From assembly GCA_010093745.1 (NCBI GenBank), contig MU006006.1, positions 62,001-114,412 on the forward strand: 52,412 bases of DNA. Reading direction: 5' to 3'. A program made the translations under genes and the position numbers. This document shows, one piece after another, positions 35,381 to 47,664 of the stretch; within the stretch, counting starts at the first letter, position 1; each line of letters opens with the position of its first letter. The DNA is from Piedraia hortae CBS 480.64 (lineage: Eukaryota). Below the pieces are notes generated by a model. That model worked only from the letters and a program-made list of their open reading frames with translations, did not search any database and had not been told where the DNA came from.

Positions 35381-36879
35381 ATGACATCTGCTTCGGCCAT
35401 GATGAGCTCCAATATTGAGATGGAGTCTGCTTCAGAGAGAATGGACTTTGATCCTTATCATATCCCGACGGAGATTGTGATAGAAATCATCAAACACGTG
35501 GGTAAAAACCGTGCAACGCTACTCAACGTCATCAAAGTCAGCAGTGTATGGTTCGATATTGGCACGTCGTTCCTGTGGCGTGAACCTCCGATCCATGCCC
35601 TCATCGCGCTTCCCCCAGCCCGACGGCAGTACTACGCTGACAAGATTGAGCTGCTCTGCACATCAGAAGAGGAAGGAAGCCAGGGTCACTACGAAACCAA
35701 GAACTTGACCTTCCCCCGCCTCGAATGGCTTTCAATCGACCACGGCGTGGATGTATTCCCCATAGGACAATATCTCCAGTCCAGCCTGACATTCCTGAGT
35801 TTCGCCGGTGGGCGGCCAGAGGAGGATGTCCTGGCACTGCTCGCAGTCAGATGCAAGAACATGAAGCAGCTATCGATCGACGACGTGCCTTCGTACTGGG
35901 ACACGGATGGGGTGATTGCAATGCTGGACCATTTCAAAGATCTGGAGTGCTTCCGCATGGGCCAAAGACTCCCCCAACACATAGACGGGGGCCGACTCAT
36001 CCTCTACCTAGCCAACCGTCCCAAAATATGGAGCCTCAAGGCATCGTGCGACAACATTGGCTACCATGCCTTGAGTCGAGTTGCAGCCCTGGGCGAAAGG
36101 ACACGAATATACCCCAACATCCGTGGTCTGGAGCTAGACATTGACTGGGATGCAGTAACGCTTATCCCTGCTTTCTCCAAAAACATCATCGCGCTGAAGC
36201 TGGGCATATTCGGCCGACCACAAGCCGCCAACGTGTTCGCAGTGGTAGGCACCATGATTAGCGTCAAGATTCTCGAGCTACATATAGACAACGGCCAGCC
36301 TTTGCAGAGGCAAGACCTACGAAACCTCGCCAAGCTCAAAAACCTGCGTCGGATGATCATATCCATCCGCAACCACCCTGCCACGTACGACGCCCTCGCC
36401 GACACGGATTTTACCCACCTCTTCCTCTCCCTTCCAAACCTAGAAGGCATAGCCTGGCACGCGGGGGAAAATTTCCCTCTCAAGGCCTTCCTGGCTTTAG
36501 GTCTGCACTGCCAAAGACTGCATTTCTGCGAAATGAGCGCCCGCATAGATTTGCTCTCCTTGCAACAATCGCCCAGGATATGCTTCCCTAGCCTCGACAC
36601 ACTTAAACTCAGCTCCGGCGTTTCGGAGGAGAATATCAACGTGTAAGTCTCCCCAGCTAAGTGCCGAAAACTAAACTGATAAATTTGTTCAGCCGCAACA
36701 TCGCGAAAAAAGTCGTCGATGTTCTACAACTGCACGCGCCATGTCTCTCGGAGCTGGAATTCGAGGACAAATCTCACCAGGCCTCCGCTGCGGTCTTGAG
36801 GGCGTGGAACATTGCACCAGATAACGGTCTCGTGCATTGCAACTCTGACCCCGAAACGGTCTATGAGGATTGGATTTAG
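35381..36879 (+). CDS. F-box/LRR-like protein
   Basis: N-terminal IPTEIVIEIIKHV...LLNVIKVSSVW (F-box-like), followed by LxxLxL repeats. Intron 36643-36692 joins the two ORFs in frame. Confidence 0.75.
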
Positions 36880-37284
36880 GGACTTGGTTGAGGTTGATGC
36901 ATATACTGTTGAAAATGGATGTTACCTCTACTATCTTTCGTGGATGGGCTCGTTGCGTATGGGGCGATCGGTGTCGATTAGCTTTGATGGGTAGGGGTAT
37001 GGGTTGAAGTCGTCGACGGGCAGGTAGATGCTGATCCCCACGAATGCGCGAAGCGTAGGCCCGCTTTATGGACATCTTGACTTCAGGGAAAGGTAGTGAT
37101 TACAGGAGTATACCTGATCATCAATGTAGGGTGATATCCACCACATAGTTCTCTGCGCGCTTAGATCTAAATGCACACTCTCGTCGATAAAACTACCCAC
37201 CGTTAGGATTACCTACTCCTCCCCCAAGACACAGGCAAACAGATAACAAAAGGGTTATCGAGAAAAAAAGGGGGGTATGACAAT

Positions 37285-38088
37285 CTAGCAACAACCACCG
37301 GCGCTACCCGACTGGACACCCTGGCCCTGGCCGACCTGAACAGACGGCTTATTGTTGATTGGCGTATTGCCCATGCGCTCTTTGATCTGGCGGGCCATAG
37401 TAAGAAAAGCCTGTTCAACGTTACTGGCGTTCTTGGCCGACGTCTCGAGGAAAGGAATGTTCAGGCTGTCTGCGAATTCCTGTAAGAGAGTCAGTTGCTG
37501 GGCCGCTATGTTTGTCTGCAACGTGCGTACCTTGGCTACGGTGTATTCAACAACCTTCTTATCAGTCATATCGCTCTTGTTCCCGACAAGCAGCTTATTG
37601 ACGCCCTCGGTGGCATAGCGATCAATCTCCTGAAGCCATTGCTTAACGTTGTTAAAGCTATCCATGTCCGTGACATCGTAGACAACGCAGATGCCGTGCG
37701 CGCCGCGGTAGTACGACGAGGTGATTGTGCGGAATCGCTCTTGGCCTGCCGTATCCCACTGTGTCTCCATCAGTCGCCGCATTTACAAATTGCTCTCAAA
37801 CTCACAATCTGAAGCTTTACAGTCTTGCCATCAAGCTCAATGGTTCTAATTTTGAAGTCGACGCCGATCGTCGAGATGTAACTCTCCGTGTATGTGTCGT
37901 CGGCGAACCGCAACAACAGGCACGACTTTCCAACACCGGAGTCGCCGATGAGGAGCAGCTTGAAGAGATAATCGTATCTGCCTCGGTTAAGCGTGCCAAC
38001 GCGTGGGCGGAAGCGGTTCACTCTATTGCCGTCAGTAGCGGGACAGGAAGAGGGCGGCGGGCATCTAGACTGACCACTCCGGATTCAT
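37285..38088 (-). CDS. YPT1: Rab1 family GTPase Ypt1, 201 aa
   Basis: Exons 38088-38078, 37977-37806, 37758-37531 and 37479-37285 give [22 protein letters not shown]...[10 protein letters not shown]...GGCC. Confidence 0.97.
37978..38077 (-). other. Putative spliceosomal twin intron ([D3,4]-type stwintron) in YPT1
   Basis: GTG + [GTCAGT...TACTGAC...AATAG, 52 nt, 38074-38023] + AGTGAAC...GCTTAAC...GCAG. Removing the inner intron creates a GTGAGT donor for a 48 nt outer intron. Confidence 0.75.
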
Positions 38089-38334
38089 GATTGCGGTGGA
38101 CTAGCCGGCGGGCAATGGATCGGCGGCGCTGTGTGGGGGTTCGCTAGGGGAGGTCAAACGTGCTTCTCCTTGGGTGGTCGTCGCATCAGCTGCGCCTGTT
38201 TCGCCACACCTTCCGTATTCGTCAACTCACGTGGGGACAAGGGTCACGTGAGACTTTCACAAGGCGAATGCGACTACAACGTCTACGAACTATCAATTTT
38301 TGAACGACGTAAAATCATAAGCTTCGTCTGCCTA

Positions 38335-39384
38335 TTATCGCCATGGAGGGTTTCCATTCTGCCCGCCATAGCTTCCTCCATAGCCCGACTGTCCATACTG
38401 CTGCCCAGGGCCGTAGTAAGACGAATATTGGCCCGGAGGATATTGATTGACCGTGTACGGTTGGGCCGCGAATGCGTTTTGTGGATGATGCATTGGCTGC
38501 TGACCGTAGCCTTGGGCACCGTACGCTGCATGTTGGCCGTACCCGTTTGAGGGCGTGTAATATGGTTGCTGTGCACCGTGATTATTACCATGATTCATCG
38601 ACACATGATACGCAGCACCTGGCTGAAACCCTGGCGCTGAAGCTTGAGGCTGACTTGCCTGATAGCTCGGCGGTGGAGCTTGGCCTGAGTAGGTGCCGGA
38701 GTTGTGACCGCTGTTAGAATACCCATAGGAGCTCCCACCATAGCTAGAGCCCGATGCACTGCCATGGGCTCCCTGGGTGCCGTGAACTCCCGCCTGGTTG
38801 TGTTGTCCGCTCGATAGAAAGGATTGCGCCAGTCCACCCAGCATGGCCAAGCCTGAGTTATTCTGGTGTTGACCGCTGGGACCATGACTGTTTGCGCCTC
38901 CGAAAACAGCAGACGCTAAGCCACCGAGACCCTGCTGATGACTGTTTGAATTCTTGTTCAGATATGCATTCATCAACGCACCCTGTTCCAGGTCAGGAGT
39001 CGTTTGATCAATGGCCAAAGAGCCTCACCCCCAGCCCGCGGTCTCCTTCTCCCATTCCCTTTGCGCCCTCTCCATCCAGGGGGGGCGCATATGGGTTGCC
39101 ATGGGCGGGAGTAGTCCCAGGACTGGGAACATTAGGTGCAGCCGATGTTGGCTTTTCCCACGTGGACCTTGCAGTGCTGATCTCAACAAAATAGTATTTG
39201 CGCAGCCTTGTATGACTTATAAGTAACAGCCTTATTGGGCTCAACAGCGGCTACTCACCTTCCATCCCATTGCGCAATCCTAAGTGCATCAGGACAGGTT
39301 TCGCACAAGGTTAAGTACTTACCAGCCAGGTGGCATGGGAGGGGGCGCCTTATCAGGCCCAGCGTCGGACGCGGTGTCCGCCAT
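38335..39384 (-). CDS. WW-domain, Gly/Gln/Tyr-rich protein (Wwm1-like)
   Basis: Splicing introns 39322-39280, 39258-39207 and 39028-38983 gives PPGWIAQWDGRLRKYYFVEISTARSTWEKP (WW domain), a DRGLG motif and a low-complexity tail. Confidence 0.8.
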
Positions 39385-39662
39385 GACTGTTGGTGTTTGT
39401 CGTCGCTTTAACAGGTATAGAGATGCGCACTATTCTATAACCATCGTAATGCTGGACAGTCTGGTGAAACAGCCACGCTGGGCGAAAAAAACGCCCGTCT
39501 TCACCACCTTTGCGCTAATCTAGCATCACATGCCGCAAATAGGGATAATAGCCAATCACAACTACAGATGACAAGCGCCGGCTTGGAACACTCTGGATGA
39601 ACGTCATTTAGTCCTGCGATTAGACTGGCACATCAATAGCTATTTACCGACCCTGGGACTGC

Positions 39663-41127
39663 TTAGTATTCGGTTTCAACGCCCTCATCTCCCTCACCCG
39701 AGTCGGCCGCAACCTCCTCGTAATCACGCTCAAGAGCAGCCAAATCCTCACGAGCCTCGCTAAACTCTCCCTCCTCCATGCCCTCACCCACGTACCAGTG
39801 AACAAAGGCACGCTTGCTGTACATAAGATCAAACTTGTGTGAGAGCGCAGACCAGGCCTCGGCAATTGCCGTCGTGTTGGAAAGCATGCAGCAAGCACGG
39901 TTGACCTTGGCACAGTCGCCATTGGGCACCTGCTGCGGCGGCTGGAAGCAAATGCCGAGCTTGAAGCCTGTCGGGCACCAGTCAACAAACTGAATAGTAC
40001 GTTTCGTCTTGAGGTGGGCCACGGCAGCGTGCGTGTCCTTGGGAACGACGTCTCCACGGTAAAGCAGACAGGTGGCCATGTACTTGCCGTTGCGCGGGTC
40101 GCACTTGACCATCTGCGCATTGGGCTCAAAGCAATTGATCGAGATCTCCATGACACTGTGGGCCTCGTGTGCAGCCTTGGCGGCCGAGACAATGGGTGAG
40201 TAAGCGACCAAGGGGAAGTGAATGCGGGGATACGGCACGAGATTGGTCTGGAACTCGTTAAGATCCACGTTGAGGGAGCCGTCGAAGCGAAGCGACGCCG
40301 TGATCGACGAGACAACCTGCGCAATAAGGCGGTTCAAATTCTCGGCATTGGGGCGCTCGATGCCAAGGTTGCGGCGGCAGATGTCGTAGATAGCCTCGTT
40401 GTCGACCATAAAGGAGCAGTCGCTATGCTCGAGCGTAGTGTGCGTAGTGAGGATAGAATTGTAGGGCTCAACCACTGACGTGGCCACCTGCGGAGCCGGA
40501 TAGACGCAAAACTCCAGCTTGCACTTCTTGCCGTAATCGACCGACAAACGCTCCATGAGCAGGGCACCAAAGCCGGAGCCAGTGCCGCCTCCAAATGAGT
40601 GGAAGACAAGGAAGCCCTGGAGGCCAGAGCAGTTGTCGGCCACGCGGCGGACCTTGTCCAGGACCTCATCAATCAATTCCTTGCCGACCGTGTAGTGTCC
40701 ACGCGCATAGTTGTTGGAGGCGTCCTCTTTACCGGTAATCATTTGCTCGGGATGGAACAGGCTGCGGTAAGGGCCAGTGCGGACTTCGTCGACGACATTG
40801 GGCTCGAGGTCGCAGTAGATGGTGCGAGGCACGTACTTGCCGCTACCTGTTGTTGTCAGTAAACGTCCACAACTGTGGCAGCTGTCAGAGCTTACCCGTC
40901 TCAGAGAAGAAGGTGGAAAAGCCGTGGTCTTCGTCAGTGGCCTTGCGCTCCGGCGTAAGGAAACCATCGGGCTGGATGCCATGCTCGAGGCAGTACAGCT
41001 CCCAGCAGCTGTTCGCAATCTGGCACCCGGCCTGGCCAACTGTGGAGTGTTAGTGACTTGCCAAACTTTTCTTAGACGCCGTCATGATGGGGCCATACGC
41101 ACCGTTCAGACTGACAACTTCACGCAT
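39663..41127 (-). CDS. TUB1: Alpha-tubulin, 450 aa
   Basis: [24 protein letters not shown] after introns 41102-41040 and 40895-40847. GGGTGSG motif. Acidic C-terminus ending in EY. Confidence 0.98.
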
Positions 41128-41394
41128 TGTGGCGGTGAGATTCGGTGGTTGGGTGTGAGGTTGGCAAACTACGCAGAAGAGTGTGTGTGGGAGAGGCTGA
41201 AAGAGAAAGGAGGTTGCGGTGTGTTGGCGCGTGCATCAGCAGCGAATGTTTACGGGCGGAACCCTTCCGCTTGGCGCGGTGTCGTTGACCCAATCACTGT
41301 CGAGTGTCGTAAACAAGTGACGTCTATTACGCGCTGCACGGTAAAACTGTCTCGATTCGGCAGTCAATAACAACGACCTCCAAAGGCCACCATC

Positions 41395-42107
41395 ATGAGA
41401 TTTCTTCCCATCTTGTTCGCATACACTGCTGTAGTCTTCGCAAATACTGAAAAGACCGTTTTTAAGGCTCCCATTTCAACAGTTGTTGTTGATGGGAGGC
41501 CGGGTTTCGAAGACTTGCGCCTTGACACGCTCTCCCCAACGAGATCAACATTGAGACTTACAGTGCCTGTGGTCTTTCCCACCGAAGAGCATCCTAGCGG
41601 GCTAGATTCGTGGTTTTTGCTTCACGGGCTTGAACCCGAGCGGCAGTACGAAGTTAGGGTTTGCTGGGCTGCCGTCGTATGTACGAAGCTTATGGTAGAG
41701 ACAATACTCATACAACACAGCAACCGACAGCCGTCACGGTTGACACGTTCAACATAAGCCACGTGTTTGATACCCCTGAGTTAATCACAAGTCTTGCCAC
41801 ATTTTCCGAGAGGCAAAGTCCAAAAGAACTCCAGCAAAGCAATATCTGGCTTGCCAAAGACTATCGAAGCAGTATCCTATTCCTCAGAGTGCAATCAGCG
41901 GCTGACTTTTTCACCTCTGCCAAGGAATTGATGCAAAACCCCCCAGCAGTTGAAATCGATATCATTTTGGACCCTTATATCGCTAACCTCTTGCCAAGTT
42001 CAACTGTTTCGATTGTTGGATTTGTTGCTACACTGGCGGTTGCAGGGTGGGTCGTCTCTGGAGTGATCTCCAAGCGCCTACATCTGGATAAAGAACGAAC
42101 CGACTAA
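41395..42107 (+). CDS. Type I membrane protein, Pga1-like (GPI mannosyltransferase II co-activator)
   Basis: Signal peptide followed by ANTEK, YEVRVCWAAVQPT (intron 41677-41720), DIILDPY, and a C-terminal transmembrane helix. Confidence 0.65.
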
Positions 42108-42130
42108 AGTCTGAATAACCCACCTCGACC

Positions 42131-42520
42131 ATGGATCAACAACAAAACGTGGAAAAGTGCCACCCGTTCTGGAATCTGCCACTGGAGCTCATCTGGGACA
42201 TTTTGGACCTTCTTCCACCCGAGGCCATTGTCAGGTTTGCATTTGCCAGCTATCCGATGATGATACAGCGTGGCCTGGCTCCAACCCTGTCTCGCGTACG
42301 TCTGTTATACTTGGCTCCTCTTGCGGGGCTTTTTATGTGTCTGCCGTTTTGTCGGCTTCCAACAGAGCTCATGTTGGAAGTCGTTAAATGTCTGAAGCCA
42401 GCCGACCTTGTTTGCTTCACTATTGCCAACTACAGGGACCTCGCCGGTCGTGGAATCGCTCCACCGTTGACTGACATGATTCTCCAAGAGCTGAAAAAAA
42501 CCACTGAGGGACATATCTAG
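42131..42520 (+). CDS. Small protein made of two tandem F-box-like repeats
   Basis: PFWNLPLELIWDILDLLPPEAIVRFAFASY...RGLAP and PFCRLPTELMLEVVKCLKPADLVCFTIANY...RGIAP. Confidence 0.7.
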   Translation: MDQQQNVEKCHPFWNLPLELIWDILDLLPPEAIVRFAFASYPMMIQRGLAPTLSRVRLLYLAPLAGLFMCLPFCRLPTELMLEVVKCLKPADLVCFTIANYRDLAGRGIAPPLTDMILQELKKTTEGHI

Positions 42521-42555
42521 GCGTGTTCAGTTTCTTGTCATAGGAATCAGTGTTT

Positions 42556-43794
42556 TCAAGACTTTTCGGCGAACTCTCTAAGATATTTTGTCAACCTCTC
42601 CACCGCGGCCACGGGGACAGCGTTATAGTTTGAGATCCGTATTCCGCCCACACTACGATGGCCCTTGAGCCCCAGCATGCCCTGATCCTCGGCACCTTGT
42701 ACAAAGGCTTTCTCGGCCTCCCTGTTCTCGAGCCGGAAGCAGATGTTCATCCTACTTCTGGCCGCTTTATCTGGTACAACTTTGTAGATATCTGGATGAG
42801 CATCCAAGGCATCGTACAGTAATGTAGCTTTATGATCAGCCTCTTCTTGCTGACCAGCAATCTTATCGCCCTCTTTTGGTGCCTTATCAAGCAGTTTCTG
42901 CATTACCTGCCCCGCTATCCAGACGTCGAAAATCGGAAGCGTGTTGTAAAGGCTCTTGTTTGCAGCCACGACAGGCCAGTCTAGTGCAATAGGGCCTACC
43001 GGCAAGCCAAACTTACGCATCAGGCTCTCGTTTGCCATGTCAGCGTGTGGCGGCAAGACGCGGTTCGATACGATGACAATGGTGATGCCCGTCGATCCTA
43101 CATTCTTCTGCGCCCCGCCAAAGATGACAGCATGGCGCTTCACATCGACCACCCTCGAAAGAAGGTTGGACGACATATCTGCGACCAGGTTCTTCCCCGA
43201 TGGTGGAGAAGGAAACTCAACGCCGTCTACCGTTTCATTGTCACAGTAGTAAGTTAACGCAATTTCATCGGGCTGTTTGGTCTGCGTCAATGACGTTTGC
43301 GGGGGGATGACGCCAAACTTGCCATCTTCACTGTGCTTCCTACCGTCTGCGACAATGTTGATGTGCTCGGCGCCGACCAAACGTGCAGCCTCTTGGCTCG
43401 CTTTTAGACTCCAGCTGCCCGTGACAAAGTAGTCTAGACGCAAACGGCCGATTTCTTGTTCTAGACCCTGCTGCTTTCTTTTGGCTAGCCTTGCGAGCCA
43501 GAGGCTAACCATGTGGTACACTACGGCGCTGAATTCGCCCGTTCCGCCCCCTTGTAGGAACAATATCTGGTAGCCATCCGGGCCATCAGACTCTGGGATG
43601 TTGAGGAGGCTTCTTAGACAAGCTCTGGCGTGATCTAGGATGGCATTTGCCTCTGTACTACGGTGTGATATCTCAGTAAGGCCGAGGCCGGTGTTATTGT
43701 AATTTATGAGGACTTTTCCCGCCTCCTTCAGGACAGATGTCGGGAGAGGTGCAGGACCAGCTCCGAAATATTGCACTTGATCCCTAGACGGCAT
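42556..43794 (-). CDS. SER1: Phosphoserine aminotransferase
   Basis: YFGAGPA, EISHRS, NETVDGVEF, ADMSS, FGGAQKN (PLP lysine), GHRSVGGIR. ATG at 43794. Confidence 0.96.
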   Translation of the reverse strand: MPSRDQVQYFGAGPAPLPTSVLKEAGKVLINYNNTGLGLTEISHRSTEANAILDHARACLRSLLNIPESDGPDGYQILFLQGGGTGEFSAVVYHMVSLWLARLAKRKQQGLEQEIGRLRLDYFVTGSWSLKASQEAARLVGAEHINIVADGRKHSEDGKFGVIPPQTSLTQTKQPDEIALTYYCDNETVDGVEFPSPPSGKNLVADMSSNLLSRVVDVKRHAVIFGGAQKNVGSTGITIVIVSNRVLPPHADMANESLMRKFGLPVGPIALDWPVVAANKSLYNTLPIFDVWIAGQVMQKLLDKAPKEGDKIAGQQEEADHKATLLYDALDAHPDIYKVVPDKAARSRMNICFRLENREAEKAFVQGAEDQGMLGLKGHRSVGGIRISNYNAVPVAAVERLTKYLREFAEKS

Positions 43795-43966
43795 TTTCTG
43801 GTCAGTGGACGCTAGTTGAATGTCTTGGCGTTGACGTGTCGTCCCCAGATACCAGCGCGGCGCCATTCCGCGCTGAGACCGCAGTAAACAATATCATCCT
43901 CCCAGGGAGGAAGCCACATTCGTTGAACTGCTTGTGTGATGATAAGGAAAATATAATAAATCCGCA

Positions 43967-46288
43967 ATGTCCATCCGCTCGCTGCGTAATATCTGTTCAG
44001 CTGAACGGCCAACTCTTTCCTACCATAGCAGGCTCCTCGTACTTCAAAGAGCTGCTTTCTCTTACCAAATACGGAGCATCTCCCATACCCTCAGCAGACC
44101 CAATACCACGCTCGAGGCATTCCCTTCGCAACTCGCCAATACATCGTCCTCGATCATCCAGCGGGCGGCGCCTAACACAACTCATCCACAAACGCTCACT
44201 GAAAAAATTGTCCAACGCTATATATCATCCACCAAACCTGTCAAAAGCGGCGACTATGTAACCCTATCCCCAGCACGATGCATGACGCACGATAACTCAT
44301 GGCCGGTTGCTACAAAGTTCCTTTCCATGGGCGCCAGCCGCATTCTCAATCCATCGCAGATCGTAATGACGCTGGATCACGACGTGCAAAACAAAAGCGC
44401 CAAGAACCTGGAAAAGTACTCCCAAATTGAGAGTTTTGCAAAGGAACAAGGCGTACCTTTCTATCCTGCCGGCCGCGGAATCGGGCATCAGATCATGGTC
44501 GAGGAAGGTTATGCCTGGCCCGGCACCATGGCTGTTGCGAGTGATTCCCACTCCAACATGTACGGAGGCGTTGCGTGCCTTGGGACGCCTGTAGTTAGAA
44601 CAGATGCCGCCAGTATCTGGGCCACAGGCAAGACGTGGTGGCAGATCCCGCCCATTGCAAGGGTCAATTTCCTGGGCGATTTGCCCCCTGGAGTGACCGG
44701 AAAGGATGTAATTGTCGCACTTTGTGGGCTATTTAACAAAGACGAGGTGCTTAATCATGCCATTGAATTCACTGGGTCCATCAAGTCGCTGGCCGTTGAC
44801 GATCGGCTAGCGATTGCTAACATGACGACCGAGTGGGGGGCGTTGAGCGGGCTTTTCCCCATCGATGACGTTCTGAGAACGTGGTTACAGGAGAGATTTG
44901 GGGATAGTGACTTGGGTCAGCCGCTTGTTGCAGATCCTGGTGCCACTTATGCGAAGGAACTCCATCTCGACCTCTCAACCCTTGCACCGTTCGTCTCGGG
45001 GCCGAACTCGGTAAAGGTAGCCACACCACTTCCGGAGTTGGAGAAGAAGGAGATCGGCATTCAGAAAGCGTATCTTGTTTCGTGCACCAACTCGCGAAAA
45101 AGCGATATCGCTGCTGCAGCCCGTGTTTTCAGAGATGCTACTGCTCCTGCAAAGGTTGCGGATGGTGTAGAGTTCTACCTTGCCGCCGCTTCGTCAAAGG
45201 AGCAGCAAGCGGCTGAAGAGAGTGGTGATTGGCAGACTCTAATATCTGCGGGTGCGAAGCCGCTCCCTTCTGGTTGTGGACCTTGTATAGGCCTCGGAGC
45301 GGGTCTACTCGAGCCCGGTGAGGTTGGCATCAGTGCGAGTAACCGCAATTTCAAGGGCAGAATGGGAAGTGCAGATGCAAAGGCCTATCTTGCGTCCCCA
45401 GAAGTTGTCGCTGCTTCTGCCCTTGCTGGCAAAATTGTTGGGCCGGGCTGGTACACCCCAACAGGACAAGAAGTGCGCAGAGGACATGGGGATGGCATCC
45501 CAGAGGAAGATCAAATGATTAGCATTGAAGACGCACTTGACAAAATCGTGCGCCAAGCCGAACAGGCTGTGCAGGAAGGCGAAGCCGCTCTTTCTCCATC
45601 GGCAGAGGATACCAGCACCAAGACAGAAGTCCATCCAAGGTTCCCATCCACACTGTCCGGTGAAATCCTGTTCTGCAATGCGGATAATATCAACACCGAT
45701 GCTATCTATCCCGGAAAGTACACCTATGATGATGCCTTTTCCGCGTCGCCGGATAAGATGGCAACGGTGACAATGTCCAACTACGATAAAGACTTTGCAG
45801 GTATCGCCCGCAAGGGTGACATTCTCGTAGCAGGATACAACTTTGGTTGCGGTAGCTCCAGAGAACAGGCCGCCACTGCCATCCTAGCCAGTGGGATCCC
45901 ACTAGTAGTTGCGGGATCTTTCGGAAACATCTTTAGCAGAAACAGCGTCAACAATGCTCTGCTGGGGCTCGAAGTTCCTGGTCTAATTGAGCGGCTAAGG
46001 AACGCCTTCGCGAAGCAGCCCTCCAAGCAGGGGAAGGGTGTCAATGAGCCTAAAGGAAACAAACAGAGTCTAGAATCACCTCCACCGGGACAGGTCGAGA
46101 CTGCAGCACCGCAGCCTCTAACTATCAGAACAGGGTGGACCTTTACCTGGGACGTGGCTTCAAGCAAAGTCACTGTACGCGAAAAGGACGGAAAGACATG
46201 GGAACAGAAAATCGGCGAGATGCCGCCCAACGTGCAAGAGATTATTGCCGAAGGCGGTCTAGAAAAGTGGGTAAAAAACCGCGTGTAA
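43967..46288 (+). CDS. LYS4: Homoaconitase, mitochondrial
   Basis: [51 protein letters not shown], with a presequence-like N-terminus. Confidence 0.95.
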   Translation: MSIRSLRNICSAERPTLSYHSRLLVLQRAAFSYQIRSISHTLSRPNTTLEAFPSQLANTSSSIIQRAAPNTTHPQTLTEKIVQRYISSTKPVKSGDYVTLSPARCMTHDNSWPVATKFLSMGASRILNPSQIVMTLDHDVQNKSAKNLEKYSQIESFAKEQGVPFYPAGRGIGHQIMVEEGYAWPGTMAVASDSHSNMYGGVACLGTPVVRTDAASIWATGKTWWQIPPIARVNFLGDLPPGVTGKDVIVALCGLFNKDEVLNHAIEFTGSIKSLAVDDRLAIANMTTEWGALSGLFPIDDVLRTWLQERFGDSDLGQPLVADPGATYAKELHLDLSTLAPFVSGPNSVKVATPLPELEKKEIGIQKAYLVSCTNSRKSDIAAAARVFRDATAPAKVADGVEFYLAAASSKEQQAAEESGDWQTLISAGAKPLPSGCGPCIGLGAGLLEPGEVGISASNRNFKGRMGSADAKAYLASPEVVAASALAGKIVGPGWYTPTGQEVRRGHGDGIPEEDQMISIEDALDKIVRQAEQAVQEGEAALSPSAEDTSTKTEVHPRFPSTLSGEILFCNADNINTDAIYPGKYTYDDAFSASPDKMATVTMSNYDKDFAGIARKGDILVAGYNFGCGSSREQAATAILASGIPLVVAGSFGNIFSRNSVNNALLGLEVPGLIERLRNAFAKQPSKQGKGVNEPKGNKQSLESPPPGQVETAAPQPLTIRTGWTFTWDVASSKVTVREKDGKTWEQKIGEMPPNVQEIIAEGGLEKWVKNRV

Positions 46289-46289
46289 A

Positions 46290-47414
46290 TCAATCATCTT
46301 CTAGCAGAGCCGCCAGCTCAGCATCTTCTTCAGCAGTCGTTTCCACCCCACCCACAGCGACAGCAGAAGGAGGGATATCCTCCTTCATCGTCACAGCCAC
46401 CTTCCCCCGATCCAATGACCAGGTACGAACCGTCCCATCAATACTCCCACTAACAACCTCATCCCCCCTTTCCGTCACGAAAAGAGAGGTAATCTCCTCA
46501 TAATGCCCCTTATAAACCCCCAACAACGCCCCGCTCCCCTGATCCCAAATGCGAACATGTTCATCCCTACAACCCGTAACAACAACCCCCGCGGCGCTAG
46601 CGACAACTATATCACGCACAAAATCGGGGTGCGGGAGCGATAAATCTGCCCTCCACCCCTCTTCTCTCAATAAAAGCTTCGCGGTTTTATCCGCCGATGC
46701 GGTCCACACGTCGCCCTCGTCCGTGAAAAACACGGCGTAGATGCTAGTTTCGTGCGGTGTGAATTCCCCACACGAGGATAGAGTATACCCCCCTCCCATC
46801 TGTGATAATTTTAGTTTTAGCATGGAAATTGTGGGGCTGCTTGTCGCGGCGAAGATTATGGGCTCGACTGTGGGTGAGAGGGGGTCTACAGCTAGGGCTT
46901 GCAGTGATCCTTTGTTTAAGTTTGTTTTCCCTCTTTGGGTGGGGGTGCCGTTCTCGAGGGTGAAAATTGTTATGTTACCGTCGGCGCTGCCGGATAGGAG
47001 GATCTGGATTTTGTCGCAGGTGAGGAGGAGGAGGGTTTTGACGAATTCTTGGCTGACTTTTGTGGCTGTCTGGGTCGTTAGTATTTGGGTTGTTGTGGTG
47101 GAGTAGATGTTGCCGTCCCAGCAGCCGGCATAAATTTCATTGGAAGGGCCGATGGCGAGGCAGGTCATTGGTGCTTTGGCGCTGAGGATGGGTTGAGATC
47201 CCAATTGGGTGGTAAGGTCTACACTTGTGACCGTTCCGTTGGCTTGTGCCGTGTAGATTTTTGCTCTTTTATTGGCAGGTGAGGCTAATGCGAGGATTTT
47301 GGAGCCGAGAGTGATGGGATTCCCGAGTTTATTTTGCACTTTGGCCTTTTTGGAGGCCTGTTGGGCTATGGATGCTGTGGTTTGAAAAAAGTAGCCGGCG
47401 TTTGTGCTTGACAT
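46290..47414 (-). CDS. WD40-repeat protein
   Basis: 374 aa with WD repeats (LLSGSADGNI, VWTASADKTAK, HPDFVRD, GHYEEITSL...SGSIDGTVRTW) and a C-terminal TAEEDAELAALLEDD. Confidence 0.85.
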   Translation of the reverse strand: MSSTNAGYFFQTTASIAQQASKKAKVQNKLGNPITLGSKILALASPANKRAKIYTAQANGTVTSVDLTTQLGSQPILSAKAPMTCLAIGPSNEIYAGCWDGNIYSTTTTQILTTQTATKVSQEFVKTLLLLTCDKIQILLSGSADGNITIFTLENGTPTQRGKTNLNKGSLQALAVDPLSPTVEPIIFAATSSPTISMLKLKLSQMGGGYTLSSCGEFTPHETSIYAVFFTDEGDVWTASADKTAKLLLREEGWRADLSLPHPDFVRDIVVASAAGVVVTGCRDEHVRIWDQGSGALLGVYKGHYEEITSLFVTERGDEVVSGSIDGTVRTWSLDRGKVAVTMKEDIPPSAVAVGGVETTAEEDAELAALLEDD

Positions 47415-47664
47415 CTTGCGGTCGACAAGCCCTTGCGTGGACTTTGGGATTATTTCGTTGTTTGTATGCTTATTTATTGCAGCGGTGTGCGTGGTAACTG
47501 AAGTTGCTGCAGTTTACGATACAGACGTCATCACTTAGGGTTCTATAAACCGTCAGTGAAGATGGAGATCTTTATGCTCACGAGACTGGTATCGCACTTA
47601 ATGGTCAATGTTCATACGCTAACAGCAGCTACTACTCGACCGTCATGAGAGACCAATGGCCAAT

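Noticed and set aside
39663..41039. ORF-track N-terminus MARPGARL for tubulin, and similar non-ATG starts for SEC16, SER1, RAD57 and YAT1
   Set aside because: Artefacts of intron read-through and alternative start codons. The spliced models give the conserved N-termini.
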